DNA from: an archaeon
GTDB taxonomy: Archaea; Nanobdellota; Nanobdellia; Pacearchaeales; UBA284
Assembly: GCA_020343435.1 (NCBI GenBank)
Contig: CP070794.1
Coordinates: 519,341 to 581,711, forward strand
DNA length: 62,371 nucleotides
Reading direction: 5' to 3'
Shown piece after piece: positions 44,815 through 53,372 of this stretch. The notes under the pieces were generated by a model. That model was given only the letters and a program-made list of their open reading frames with translations, ran no database searches and was not told the origin of the DNA. Positions within the stretch are counted from its first letter, which is position 1. Each line of letters begins with the position of its first letter. The position numbers and the translations under genes were made by a program.

Positions 44815-46431
44815 TTAAACCTTACCTTCATAAAATCCTTTAGTTACCCCTTCCTTTGTACGTTTTTTAATCCATTCTTTTAGGGGTATAGAAAACTTTT
44901 TTTCTACATAAGCTCTGTAGTAAGGTCCAACATTATAAGTACAAAAAGAATATAATCTTCCTTCTGGAGATGGGAAGTAAATACCACATCTTCTAACCCT
45001 ATCAATTTCATAATTGTAATTATCTAAGAAGTGCATAGAAGCAACAAATACCATCTTCCAAGGATTTTTTCCAAATTTTTCTTTTTCTTTGGCACCTGTA
45101 AAACTACGCATAAATTTAACAAATTCTCCAAAACCCATCCCTTTTGGAGCTTTATCTTTTCTGAAATATTTTTTTAAACCAAGGAAAGCTTTCACAACAT
45201 TTATTCCTCTAACTAATTTACTTTTTCCTTTTAATTTCCTTGATAAGTCATCAATATATTTCATTACTCCTTCAACATTTAAGAACTTAGAAATAGGAAC
45301 TGCTTCCTTAGTTTTTTTATTAACACAAAGATAAGTTCCCAAACCACAGTGAGCATGAGGAGTTGTGATCATATGTTTTGTTTTTTCTGGGTTTAAAACA
45401 TCTAATAATCTTGAAAATGGACTAGCTATACTCATTGGGAACCAATCATATTTTTTTATTAATCCTTTAGTTTGTTTTTCAGCTTCAGTTGCTAAATCTG
45501 TTAATGTAAATCTCTTAGCCAGTCTTTCTTTAGGATCCATTCTTCCTGTAAAAGAAACAGGCTGCAAACTAATAGAAGTAACACAATCAGTATCTATTGC
45601 AAACTGGATAATATCTCCAATATTTTTATCTGTCTCTCCCCTCACAACAGTTGTAACTAAACATATAGTCATTCCAGCTTTACCAATCTCTTCAACAGCT
45701 TTCTTTTTTATTTCCCAAAGATTGGATATTCTTCTAGTATATTTATATGCTTCATTATTTGTCCCATCAAATTGTAAATAAACAACATTTAATCCAGCTT
45801 CTGCACTCTTTTTAGTAAATTCAGGATCTTTTGCAAATTTAATACCATTGCTTGCTGCTTGAAGATAAGAAATCCCCATTTTTTTAGCAGCTCTTAGAGC
45901 ATCAAACCATATAGGAGACAAGGTTGGTTCTCCACCAGAGAACTGTACTGCAACAGCAGCAACTGGCCGCAAGCCACGAACTACTTTTATCATTCCTTTA
46001 ACCTGTTCTAAGGTAGGTTCATAAACATAACCTGCTGAATTTGAGTTAGCAAAACAAACAGGACACCGCATATTACATCTATTTGTTAAATCAATATTTA
46101 TTAAACAAGGAGTCCCAATATGATGATCACATAATCCACAAGACTCTGGACAAGATTTGTATTTAGTTATTGGCTTTTCTTGACCATAACCATCTTCAAA
46201 AGTAAGCATCTCGTTTCTTTTAAAGAAAACAGCATCATCACTTAAACATTCCTTAATTGAACCATGTTCTTTACATGTTTTCTCCATAAAAACTTTATTG
46301 TCTTTTTCATAGATTTTAGCATCTAGGTGTTTTAAACAAACAGGACATAAACTTTCTACAGTTCTAGGCCAACTTAAAGGAATCTTTTGCTTTGGAAAAT
46401 TCAATTCCCTTGCCTTTTCAAATTCATCCAT
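44815..46431 (-). CDS. multi-cluster radical SAM enzyme, tetraether lipid synthase (Tes / GDGT-MAS)-like
   Basis: The radical SAM motif CNMRCPVC is certain. An N-terminal rubredoxin-like CPVC...CKEHG and an extra CPESCGLCDHHIGTPC cluster match the COG1964/MJ0619-type layout. The Tes assignment is tentative. Confidence 0.55.
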   Translation of the reverse strand: MDEFEKARELNFPKQKIPLSWPRTVESLCPVCLKHLDAKIYEKDNKVFMEKTCKEHGSIKECLSDDAVFFKRNEMLTFEDGYGQEKPITKYKSCPESCGLCDHHIGTPCLINIDLTNRCNMRCPVCFANSNSAGYVYEPTLEQVKGMIKVVRGLRPVAAVAVQFSGGEPTLSPIWFDALRAAKKMGISYLQAASNGIKFAKDPEFTKKSAEAGLNVVYLQFDGTNNEAYKYTRRISNLWEIKKKAVEEIGKAGMTICLVTTVVRGETDKNIGDIIQFAIDTDCVTSISLQPVSFTGRMDPKERLAKRFTLTDLATEAEKQTKGLIKKYDWFPMSIASPFSRLLDVLNPEKTKHMITTPHAHCGLGTYLCVNKKTKEAVPISKFLNVEGVMKYIDDLSRKLKGKSKLVRGINVVKAFLGLKKYFRKDKAPKGMGFGEFVKFMRSFTGAKEKEKFGKNPWKMVFVASMHFLDNYNYEIDRVRRCGIYFPSPEGRLYSFCTYNVGPYYRAYVEKKFSIPLKEWIKKRTKEGVTKGFYEGKV

Positions 46432-46477
46432 TTTTCAACTTTAAAAATAAACTCTAGAAGGTATATCTATTTAAATA

Positions 46478-46816
46478 TTGGATAGTTTCCCCAAGGATAC
46501 TATGAAAAAAGAAATACTCTACCATAAAAAAATAGGATTTATTGGAGAAAAATGGACCTCTTTAATCTTATTGGAGATATATGGTAGTCAATCAAAATGG
46601 AAAAGATTCTCTGAACTTAAAAAGAGCCTTGGAAACATAACTTCCAAAACCCTTTCAACTAAACTAAAAAGATTAGAAAAAGAGAAGCTAATAAAAAAAA
46701 GAGTAGATAATTCAGTAGTTCCAATAAAATCAGAGTATTCTTTAACTATTGCTGGCAAAGATTTTATTAATATACTTGAGAGCATGGAAGAATGGGCTAT
46801 GAAATGGAAATACTAA
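46478..46816 (+). CDS. HxlR-family winged-helix transcriptional regulator
   Basis: KWTSLILLEIY...RFSELKKSL.NITSKTLSTKLKRLEKEKLIKKR. ATG 46502 is an alternative start. Confidence 0.75.
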   Translation: MDSFPKDTMKKEILYHKKIGFIGEKWTSLILLEIYGSQSKWKRFSELKKSLGNITSKTLSTKLKRLEKEKLIKKRVDNSVVPIKSEYSLTIAGKDFINILESMEEWAMKWKY

Positions 46817-46850
46817 CAAAATTTAAATAACAAGTTCGCTTTAAAATTCT

Positions 46851-47666
46851 ATGAAAAAAGAGGAAGCTCTCAAAACTTTAGAAACAGAACTAAAACTTAG
46901 AGGATTCTCTGATAAAACTATCACAAACTATTCATGGTTTGTAAATAAATTCTACAATCATCACAACAAAGAACAAATGAATTCTCAAGATGTAAAATCT
47001 TATTTAGCGTCGCTAATAGATTCAAAATCTTCAAGTACTGTTGCTTTAGCTGCAGCATCCCTAAAATTCTTTTTTACAGAAATATTAAAACAAGAATTAA
47101 CTGTTAAATTACCCAAAAAAGAAAGAAGATTACCAGAATTCTTAACAAAACAAGAAATGAAATCATTAATTGCTGCAGCAGAAACAAAAAAATCAAAATT
47201 AATGATAAAATTTCTTTATGCAACTGGTTTGAGAGTTTCAGAAGCAGTAAATCTTAAAGTAGAGGATATTAATTTTGATGATAGAATTGGAAAAATAAGG
47301 AAAGGTAAAGGGAAAAAAGACAGATTATTCTTGTTACCAGAAGCTTTATCTTTAGAACTTAAATCTTACTTAGAAAAAAAAGAACACCAGTTCTTATTTT
47401 CAAAAACAAAAGCTCTAACAACAAGGAATCTACAAAAAATAATAAAAAAAACAGCAGCAAAAGCAGGATTAACCAAAAAAGTAACCCCACACACCTTAAG
47501 ACACTCTTATGCTACTCATTTACTAGATTTGGGAACAGATATTAGAAAGATTCAAACCCTTTTAGGACATGAAAACCTACAAACTACACAGATTTATACC
47601 CATGTTTCAACAGAAGAACTCAAAAAAGTACCCAATCCTTTAGATGCTTTAGAGCAAGATTTATAA
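46851..47666 (+). CDS. xerA: tyrosine recombinase XerA-like
   Basis: Catalytic R (ATGLRVSEA), HTLRHSYATHLL and LGHENLQTTQIYTHV. SAM-like N-terminal domain. Confidence 0.88.
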   Translation: MKKEEALKTLETELKLRGFSDKTITNYSWFVNKFYNHHNKEQMNSQDVKSYLASLIDSKSSSTVALAAASLKFFFTEILKQELTVKLPKKERRLPEFLTKQEMKSLIAAAETKKSKLMIKFLYATGLRVSEAVNLKVEDINFDDRIGKIRKGKGKKDRLFLLPEALSLELKSYLEKKEHQFLFSKTKALTTRNLQKIIKKTAAKAGLTKKVTPHTLRHSYATHLLDLGTDIRKIQTLLGHENLQTTQIYTHVSTEELKKVPNPLDALEQDL

Positions 47667-47727
47667 ATTAGCTTTTTCTACACTTGTTAAAGGAGTTAGA
47701 TATGACTTCTTAAGTTAGGAGGAATAA

Positions 47728-47964
47728 ATGCAATTCAAGAAAAAGCGTTTCTTTCCAAGACAACCTACAGAAATAACATGCGCAGAGTGCGGTAAGAAGG
47801 ATACAGTACCTTTTAAGCCAAGAGAAGGCTCAAAGGTATTATGTAAAGCCTGTTTCCTTAAAAGTAAGGGAATAGAGCCTAGGAAAGACGAGCAACCTGC
47901 TGAAAAAGCTGAGGAAAAACCGGAAGAAACACAAGAAGAGAAAATAGAAGAAACTCAAGACTAA
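47728..47964 (+). CDS. CxxC-x17-CxxC zinc-ribbon protein with acidic tail
   Basis: CAEC, then exactly 17 residues, then CKAC. AGGAGGA lies 4 nt upstream of the ATG. Confidence 0.7.
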   Translation: MQFKKKRFFPRQPTEITCAECGKKDTVPFKPREGSKVLCKACFLKSKGIEPRKDEQPAEKAEEKPEETQEEKIEETQD

Positions 47965-48008
47965 AATTTTGAGGAAAAACATATATACTTTTCTTTCTTC
48001 TTTTTTTT

Positions 48009-48647
48009 ATGTTAAAGGAACTAATTAACGAGTTTTACTCTAGTAAGGAAAAGGACAAGGAAAAGGTAGCATTCTACATAAGTGATGCTGGAAAATGCCC
48101 TAGAGCTGTCTGGTTTTCTTTGAAAAATTACCCCAAAAAACCAATAACTGCTAGAGTTATGCGAATCTTTGAGCATGGAGATTATACTCATATGAGGATT
48201 ATGGGAGCATTATTTTCCTTGGGATTAGTAAAAGCAGTAGAAATCCAGATCCCAGATAATGAATTCATACATGGAAGAGCTGATGCGATCATAACTTTAG
48301 ATAATGAACCAGCAATTTTAGAGATCAAAAGCATAAATAGCTTCAAATTTAAGAATACTAAACCAGAAAAAGACCATGTTTTACAATTACAACTATATTT
48401 GCATTATTTTAAGTTAAAGAAAGGGGTTCTAATCTATGAAAATAAAGATAATCAAGAACTAAAAGAATATGTTATTCATTATGATGAAAAACTAGTTAAT
48501 GAATTGTTAACTGGATTCAAAGGCATAAAGAAACATGCTGACGAAAACAAACCTCCAATTATCCCAGAAGATTTAGAAGAGTGGAGATGTAATTACTGTG
48601 TTTATTTAGATTCATGTAAAAAAATAGAAGATGAGAGAGGTAAATGA
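48009..48647 (+). CDS. Cas4-like PD-(D/E)xK nuclease with 4-Cys cluster (stand-alone)
   Basis: N-terminal Cys (GKCPRAVWF), GRADAI, LEIKS, QLQLY and C-terminal CNYCVYLDSC. Confidence 0.8.
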   Translation: MLKELINEFYSSKEKDKEKVAFYISDAGKCPRAVWFSLKNYPKKPITARVMRIFEHGDYTHMRIMGALFSLGLVKAVEIQIPDNEFIHGRADAIITLDNEPAILEIKSINSFKFKNTKPEKDHVLQLQLYLHYFKLKKGVLIYENKDNQELKEYVIHYDEKLVNELLTGFKGIKKHADENKPPIIPEDLEEWRCNYCVYLDSCKKIEDERGK

Positions 48648-49344
48648 ACTTATTGATAAAATTGAGATTATTCAGAAGAAAAAACTATTTGTAAAAAGCC
48701 CAAAAATAAAAAAAGCATTTGATTATCAAAAAACACAAGAAAAATATTATGGAAGAGAGCTTGATAATCTAACTAAAAAAATAAAAGAATCTTTCTTAAC
48801 AAGACAAATTCAGGAATCTAGCCCAACTTTTAAGAAATTTAGAGAAATAAATAAACTAATTCAACAAAAGTCTCCACAAAGTTTAGAAAAATCTAAGATA
48901 TTACTAAAAGATCTGTACAAGAATATCCCAGAAGCTCCAAAAAAATTAATGAAATTCAAATTACCTTTAATTCCAAAAGTAATTGAGCCAGAAGTTAAGT
49001 CTAATTTAACAGAAGCAGAAATGTGTTATAATAATAACTGTTATAGATCTGTTCTAATGTTATGTGCTAAAATCCTTGAAATAGCACTCCACAGGAAATA
49101 TTATGATATCACTAACAAAGATATGCTAGAAAAAGCACCAGATTTAACTTTAGGAAACTTAATCAAAAGAATCAAAGCAGAAGGATTCCATTTTGATCCA
49201 GGATTATCTAATCAAATTTCTTTAATTAATCAACTAAGAATTCACAGTGTTCATAAAAAACAGATACCTTTAGAGCCTTCAAGAGACCAGGCCCTAGCCA
49301 CAATCCATTACACTTTAGATACATTAAAAAGACTGTTTAAGTAA
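48631..49344 (+). CDS. DUF4145/HEPN-superfamily protein
   Basis: C-terminal helical domain: EAEMCYNNNCYRSVLMLCAKILEIAL...LINQLRIHSVHKK (Rx4H). 17-nt overlap with the Cas4-like gene. Confidence 0.6.
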   Translation: MREVNELIDKIEIIQKKKLFVKSPKIKKAFDYQKTQEKYYGRELDNLTKKIKESFLTRQIQESSPTFKKFREINKLIQQKSPQSLEKSKILLKDLYKNIPEAPKKLMKFKLPLIPKVIEPEVKSNLTEAEMCYNNNCYRSVLMLCAKILEIALHRKYYDITNKDMLEKAPDLTLGNLIKRIKAEGFHFDPGLSNQISLINQLRIHSVHKKQIPLEPSRDQALATIHYTLDTLKRLFK

Positions 49345-49375
49345 CCTTTTTAAAAGATAACAGACTTCTTAAAAA

Positions 49376-49669
49376 ATGCCTGAAATAGCTTTAATTGGGT
49401 TTGAAGGATTAGATGAATCAGAGCTTAAATCCATCAATGAGATCCTAGTCAAAAGACTTAAAAAACTAAAAATAGACTATAGTTTGCTAAGAATCAACTT
49501 AAAACAGCATAAACATGCCAAGCATTTTATGCATGAATTGACAGTGAATTTGTCTAGAGCTAAGGGAAGACCAATACTAGCAAAGATAAGTGATAAGAAC
49601 TTATACAAGGCTTTAGATAAGGTAATGGAAAGACTATTAAGTGAAGTAAAACATAAGATAAGGAAATAA
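49376..49669 (+). CDS. possible ribosome hibernation factor (HPF/RaiA, S30AE-like) homolog
   Basis: 97 aa. Secondary-structure-like pattern, and a C-terminal ...DKNLYKALDKVMERLLSEVKHKIRK that resembles HPF ...DMYAAID..DKL.RQL.KHK. Directly upstream of rpl21e. Confidence 0.4.
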   Translation: MPEIALIGFEGLDESELKSINEILVKRLKKLKIDYSLLRINLKQHKHAKHFMHELTVNLSRAKGRPILAKISDKNLYKALDKVMERLLSEVKHKIRK

Positions 49670-49670
49670 A

Positions 49671-49925
49671 ATGTTAGCAAGAAAGCGTGTAAAGGATAAG
49701 GGGAAGAAAAGACTTAGTAAGTACTTTAAAGAGTACAAACCAGGGGATAGAGTAGCCCTAGTTATCGACTTATCAGAACAAAAAGGACGTTTTTTTAAAC
49801 GATTCCAAGGCATGACAGGAACCATAGAAAAGAAACAAGGTAATGCTTATGTAGTGAAATTTTTAAATGGAAGAGTCATTAAGAGAGTAATAACAACCAG
49901 TCCACACCTAAAAGCAATAAAATGA
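49671..49925 (+). CDS. rpl21e: 50S ribosomal protein L21e
   Basis: KYFKEYKPGDRVALVID...GMTGTIEKKQGNAYVV. Canonical L21e-RpoF-DUF655 gene order. Confidence 0.9.
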   Translation: MLARKRVKDKGKKRLSKYFKEYKPGDRVALVIDLSEQKGRFFKRFQGMTGTIEKKQGNAYVVKFLNGRVIKRVITTSPHLKAIK

Positions 49926-50245
49926 TAAAAGAAACAAAACCAGTCTCTTTAGCTGAAGTTAAAGAGATCTTATCCAAAGAAGAATCAGAAAGAGCAAAAG
50001 CTTTACTTGGATTTATCAAGAAATTCACAAAATTAACACCTAAAAAAGCTAAAGAAATGGAAAAAGAATTATCAGATCTGAAGATATTCAGTTTGAAACC
50101 AAAAGATATCGTAAAAATCATAGACTTGATGCCTGAGGATACAGAAGATTTAAGGAAAATCCTTACAGGATCAGAAATTTCACTAAAACAAGATGAGATC
50201 ACAAAAATACTTGAAGTTGTTAAAAAACACAAAACAGCTAAATGA
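49922..50245 (+). CDS. rpoF: DNA-directed RNA polymerase subunit Rpo4 (RpoF)
   Basis: ATGA overlap with rpl21e. Size and helical pattern are typical, and the position is conserved. Confidence 0.75.
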   Translation: MIKETKPVSLAEVKEILSKEESERAKALLGFIKKFTKLTPKKAKEMEKELSDLKIFSLKPKDIVKIIDLMPEDTEDLRKILTGSEISLKQDEITKILEVVKKHKTAK

Positions 50246-50256
50246 AAAGGTAGAAA

Positions 50257-50790
50257 ATGAAAGAAGAAAAAGCTATCATCCTAGACTTCCTACCAAACGG
50301 CTATCCTCTCGAAGGAAGGAGAGGACCTGTAGCACAAGCTGTAGGTTTACAACACTTTACTCTTCTTGAACTTATTCCAAGACGTTCTATAAAACTAGAT
50401 CTTAAAGAAGAAGTTTACATTGGCCCTGATAAAAGGGAAAAAATTTATTTCATAAGAGGAAGATTAAGAAAAGACAAACTAACAGAGACAGCTAAACTTC
50501 AACTAAGAGATTTTGTAGAGAAAACAGTGGCAGAACAAGAGGAAAAATTCACAGAATTCTTTAACACCTGTGAAGCAATCAATAGAAGAATACACCAACT
50601 AGAACTTTTACCTGGTTTGGGAAAGAAATACACAGATTTAATCATAGAAGAAAGGGAAAAACAACCATTTAAGGACTTCGAAGACTTAAAGCAAAGACTT
50701 AAAAACATGCCAGACCCTAAAAAAGTTATTGAGAGACGGCTTTTAGAAGAGCTAACTCAAGAAGTAAGGCACAGATTATTTGCAGGTTAA
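50257..50790 (+). CDS. DUF655 (archaeal conserved, HhH-containing) protein
   Basis: ILDFLPNGYP N-terminus and a C-terminal HhH. Conserved position after rpoF. Confidence 0.75.
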   Translation: MKEEKAIILDFLPNGYPLEGRRGPVAQAVGLQHFTLLELIPRRSIKLDLKEEVYIGPDKREKIYFIRGRLRKDKLTETAKLQLRDFVEKTVAEQEEKFTEFFNTCEAINRRIHQLELLPGLGKKYTDLIIEEREKQPFKDFEDLKQRLKNMPDPKKVIERRLLEELTQEVRHRLFAG

Positions 50791-50791
50791 G

Positions 50792-51253
50792 ATGACAGAA
50801 AAAGGAAAAGACATAGTGAGAATTTTTGGAACAGATATACCTGGAAATATGCCTGTTTATCCTGGATTAACTAAAATCAAAGGAGTTTCTTGGACTTTTT
50901 CAAATGCTTTATGCTATCTTTTAAAGTTAGATAAAAAAAAGAAAATAGGAACTTTATCAGACGCTGAAATAAAAAAAGTAATGGATTTTATTAAGAATCC
51001 TAAGCTACCAAAATGGCTTCTTAACAGAAGAAATGATGTTGAAACAGGAGAAGCTTCTCATTTAATCACTACAGATCTTGATTTGAAAAAAGAATTTGAT
51101 ATTAGAAGATTAAAAAAGATAAAATCTTACAAAGGGTACAGACACTGGTTAGGAAGGCCAGTAAGAGGACAAAGAACAAGATCTCATTTCAGATCTAAAA
51201 AGAAAGCAAGGACAATAGGAGTTAAAAAACCAAAAACATCAAGTAAGAAATAA
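50792..51253 (+). CDS. rps13: 30S ribosomal protein S13
   Basis: IVRIFGTDIPGN...YKGYRHWLGRPVRGQRTRS. ATG 50792 follows the DUF655 stop. Confidence 0.9.
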   Translation: MTEKGKDIVRIFGTDIPGNMPVYPGLTKIKGVSWTFSNALCYLLKLDKKKKIGTLSDAEIKKVMDFIKNPKLPKWLLNRRNDVETGEASHLITTDLDLKKEFDIRRLKKIKSYKGYRHWLGRPVRGQRTRSHFRSKKKARTIGVKKPKTSSKK

Positions 51254-51255
51254 AA

Positions 51256-51714
51256 ATGGGAGACCCAAAAAGATCAAGAAAACGATATGCAAGACCAAAA
51301 CGTCCATATGATTCAACAAGAATCTCAGAAGAAAAGAATTTATTAAAAAAATATGGATTAAAAAACAGGAGAGAGATCTGGACAGCAGAAGCAAAACTAA
51401 AAAAATTCAGAAATGAAGCAAAAAAATTAATTCTTAATCCTGAAAAACAAGAAGAATTCCTAAAACATCTTAATAAATTGGGATTAATAGAAAAAGATGC
51501 AAATATCGACGATGTTTTAGCTTTAACAAAAGAAAAAATCTTAGACAGAAGATTTCAAACAGTTGTTTTAAAGAAGAAACTATCCAAATCAGTAAAACAA
51601 GCAAGACAATTAATAACTCATAAAAAAGTTAAAATAGGAAAAAGCATCTGTAATGTTCCAGGAAGAATAATTAAAGTTGAAGAAGAATCAAAAATAGCAT
51701 TAAAAAATGGTTGA
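51256..51714 (+). CDS. rps4: 30S ribosomal protein S4
   Basis: MGDPKRSRKRYARPKRPYD N-terminus and an S4 domain. S13-S4-S11 gene order. Confidence 0.9.
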   Translation: MGDPKRSRKRYARPKRPYDSTRISEEKNLLKKYGLKNRREIWTAEAKLKKFRNEAKKLILNPEKQEEFLKHLNKLGLIEKDANIDDVLALTKEKILDRRFQTVVLKKKLSKSVKQARQLITHKKVKIGKSICNVPGRIIKVEEESKIALKNG

Positions 51715-52099
51715 TAAGAAAGAAATAACTGCAATAGCAAACATTTTAGCTACATACAACAATACTGTAGTTCATTTAACAGATTCTGCAGGAAATACTT
51801 TAGCAACCGTAACAGGCGGACAAGTAACAAAACACTCTAGATTAAAAGCAAATCCAACTGTAGCAATGTTTGTAGCTAAAAAAGCAGCTGAAAAAGCTAA
51901 AGAATTGGGAATCAAAAGCATATTTGTTAGAGTTCGAGGAAGAGGAGGGAAATTATCCCCCACACCTGGTCCAGGAGCTAATGCAGCAATAAAAACATTA
52001 GCAAAAGGTGGACTGAAAATTTTAAATATAACAGCTACCACCCCTATGGCAAGAGGAGGACCAAAAGCTAAGGGTGGAAAGAGAGGAAGAAGACCATGA
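51707..52099 (+). CDS. rps11: 30S ribosomal protein S11
   Basis: IANILATYNNTVVHLTD...VRVRGRGG...GPGANAAIKTLAKGGLKI. Confidence 0.92.
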   Translation: MVDKKEITAIANILATYNNTVVHLTDSAGNTLATVTGGQVTKHSRLKANPTVAMFVAKKAAEKAKELGIKSIFVRVRGRGGKLSPTPGPGANAAIKTLAKGGLKILNITATTPMARGGPKAKGGKRGRRP

Positions 52100-52863
52100 A
52101 AATAGAAAAAATAAAATCAACATCAGGAAAAGCTACTTTTATTGTCAGAGGAATTGATTTTAGTTTTGCAAATGCTTTAAGAAGAAGTGTTTCAGAGATT
52201 CCTGTTTTAGCAGTTGATACTGTTGAATTTTATAAAAATGATTCTGCATTATATGATGAATTCTTAGCTCATAGACTAGGATTAGTTCCATTAAAAGCTC
52301 CAAAAACATTTACATTAAGATCCAAATGTACTTGTAAAGGAAAAGGATGCTTAAAATGCACAGCAAGTTTCAAATTAAAAGCAAAAGGATCAAAAACAGT
52401 TTATACATCAGAATTAAAAGGTAGGGGAGCAGAAATAGCATTAAAAGAAATCCCAATAGTTCTTCTAGAAAAAGATCAAGAATTAGAATTATCAGCTGAA
52501 GCAATCTTAGAGACAGCAAAAGAACATGCAAAATTCTCAACAGGATTAACTTGGTTTAATGCATTACCTGAAATCACAATAAAAGGATGTGATGCTTGTG
52601 GTAAATGCATAGAAATCTGCCCAAAAGGAGTAATTAAACTTAAAGACAAAGGAATAACAATCAATTCTCTAAACTGTGATATGTGTGAAGCATGTGTAGA
52701 TCTTTGTAAAGATCTCAAAGATGCTATCTCAATGAAACCAAGTGAAACAGATTTCTTATTTAATATTGAAAGTTTTGGTCAACTGGAACCAAAGAAAATA
52801 TTCTCAGAATCAGTAAAAGCTTTAGATGCTAATCTAAAGACCTTAACAAAAGCTGTGAAATAA
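52096..52863 (+). CDS. rpoD: DNA-directed RNA polymerase subunit Rpo3 (RpoD) with 4Fe-4S-type insert
   Basis: FANALRRSVSEIPVLAVD. Ferredoxin-like CDACGKCIEICP / CDMCEACVDLC. Follows rps11. Confidence 0.88.
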   Translation: MKIEKIKSTSGKATFIVRGIDFSFANALRRSVSEIPVLAVDTVEFYKNDSALYDEFLAHRLGLVPLKAPKTFTLRSKCTCKGKGCLKCTASFKLKAKGSKTVYTSELKGRGAEIALKEIPIVLLEKDQELELSAEAILETAKEHAKFSTGLTWFNALPEITIKGCDACGKCIEICPKGVIKLKDKGITINSLNCDMCEACVDLCKDLKDAISMKPSETDFLFNIESFGQLEPKKIFSESVKALDANLKTLTKAVK

Positions 52864-52896
52864 GGTTTAAATATATTTTTTCTTTAATAATATCAT

Positions 52897-52980
52897 GCGG
52901 GAGTGCCGGAGCGGTCAAACGGGATGCGTTAAGGCCGCATTGGGTTAGTCCCTACGCAGGTTCGAATCCTGTCTCCCGCA
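52897..52980 (+). tRNA. tRNA-Leu (anticodon AAG as read)
   Basis: Acceptor GCGGGAG/CTCCCGC, anticodon stem ATGCG/CGCAT with loop TTAAGGC (anticodon at 52931..52933), a long variable arm and T-arm GCAGG-TTCGAAT-CCTGT. Confidence 0.8.
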
Positions 52981-53014
52981 TAACCTTTAAAAACCTTGGA
53001 TAACAGACATTAAA

Positions 53015-53371
53015 ATGGCAAGTAAAACAAAGATAAACAAAGCAGCTCATAAGAAGAATTCTGAGCTTAAAGAATTAATATTCTTACTTAAGAAAAAACC
53101 AGAATTACTAACTTTAGCTAAATATTTATCCTTACCAAGAAGAAAAGCTATAACAGTTAATCTAGATAAAATCAATAAACATAGTAAAGGAGGAGAAACA
53201 GTGTTTGTTCCAGGAAAAGTGCTAGGAAAAGGAGAATTAAACCATAAAATAACTTTAACATCATTCAGAGTTTCAGAATCTGCACTAAATTCTCTAAAAA
53301 AATCAGGGTCAGTATTCAAACCAATACATGAATTTGTAAAATCTTCTAAACAATTTAAGTTAATATTATAA
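53015..53371 (+). CDS. rpl18e: 50S ribosomal protein L18e
   Basis: Basic 118-aa protein in the canonical rpoD-L18e-L13-S9 position. VFVPGKVLGKGEL motif. Confidence 0.85.
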   Translation: MASKTKINKAAHKKNSELKELIFLLKKKPELLTLAKYLSLPRRKAITVNLDKINKHSKGGETVFVPGKVLGKGELNHKITLTSFRVSESALNSLKKSGSVFKPIHEFVKSSKQFKLIL

Positions 53372-53372
53372 A

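Noticed and set aside
46851-47666. The tyrosine recombinase as evidence for a prophage or integrative element.
   Set aside because: Its sequence and size match chromosomal XerA-type resolvases. I saw no flanking direct repeats or tRNA-derived att site, and neighbouring genes are not phage-like.
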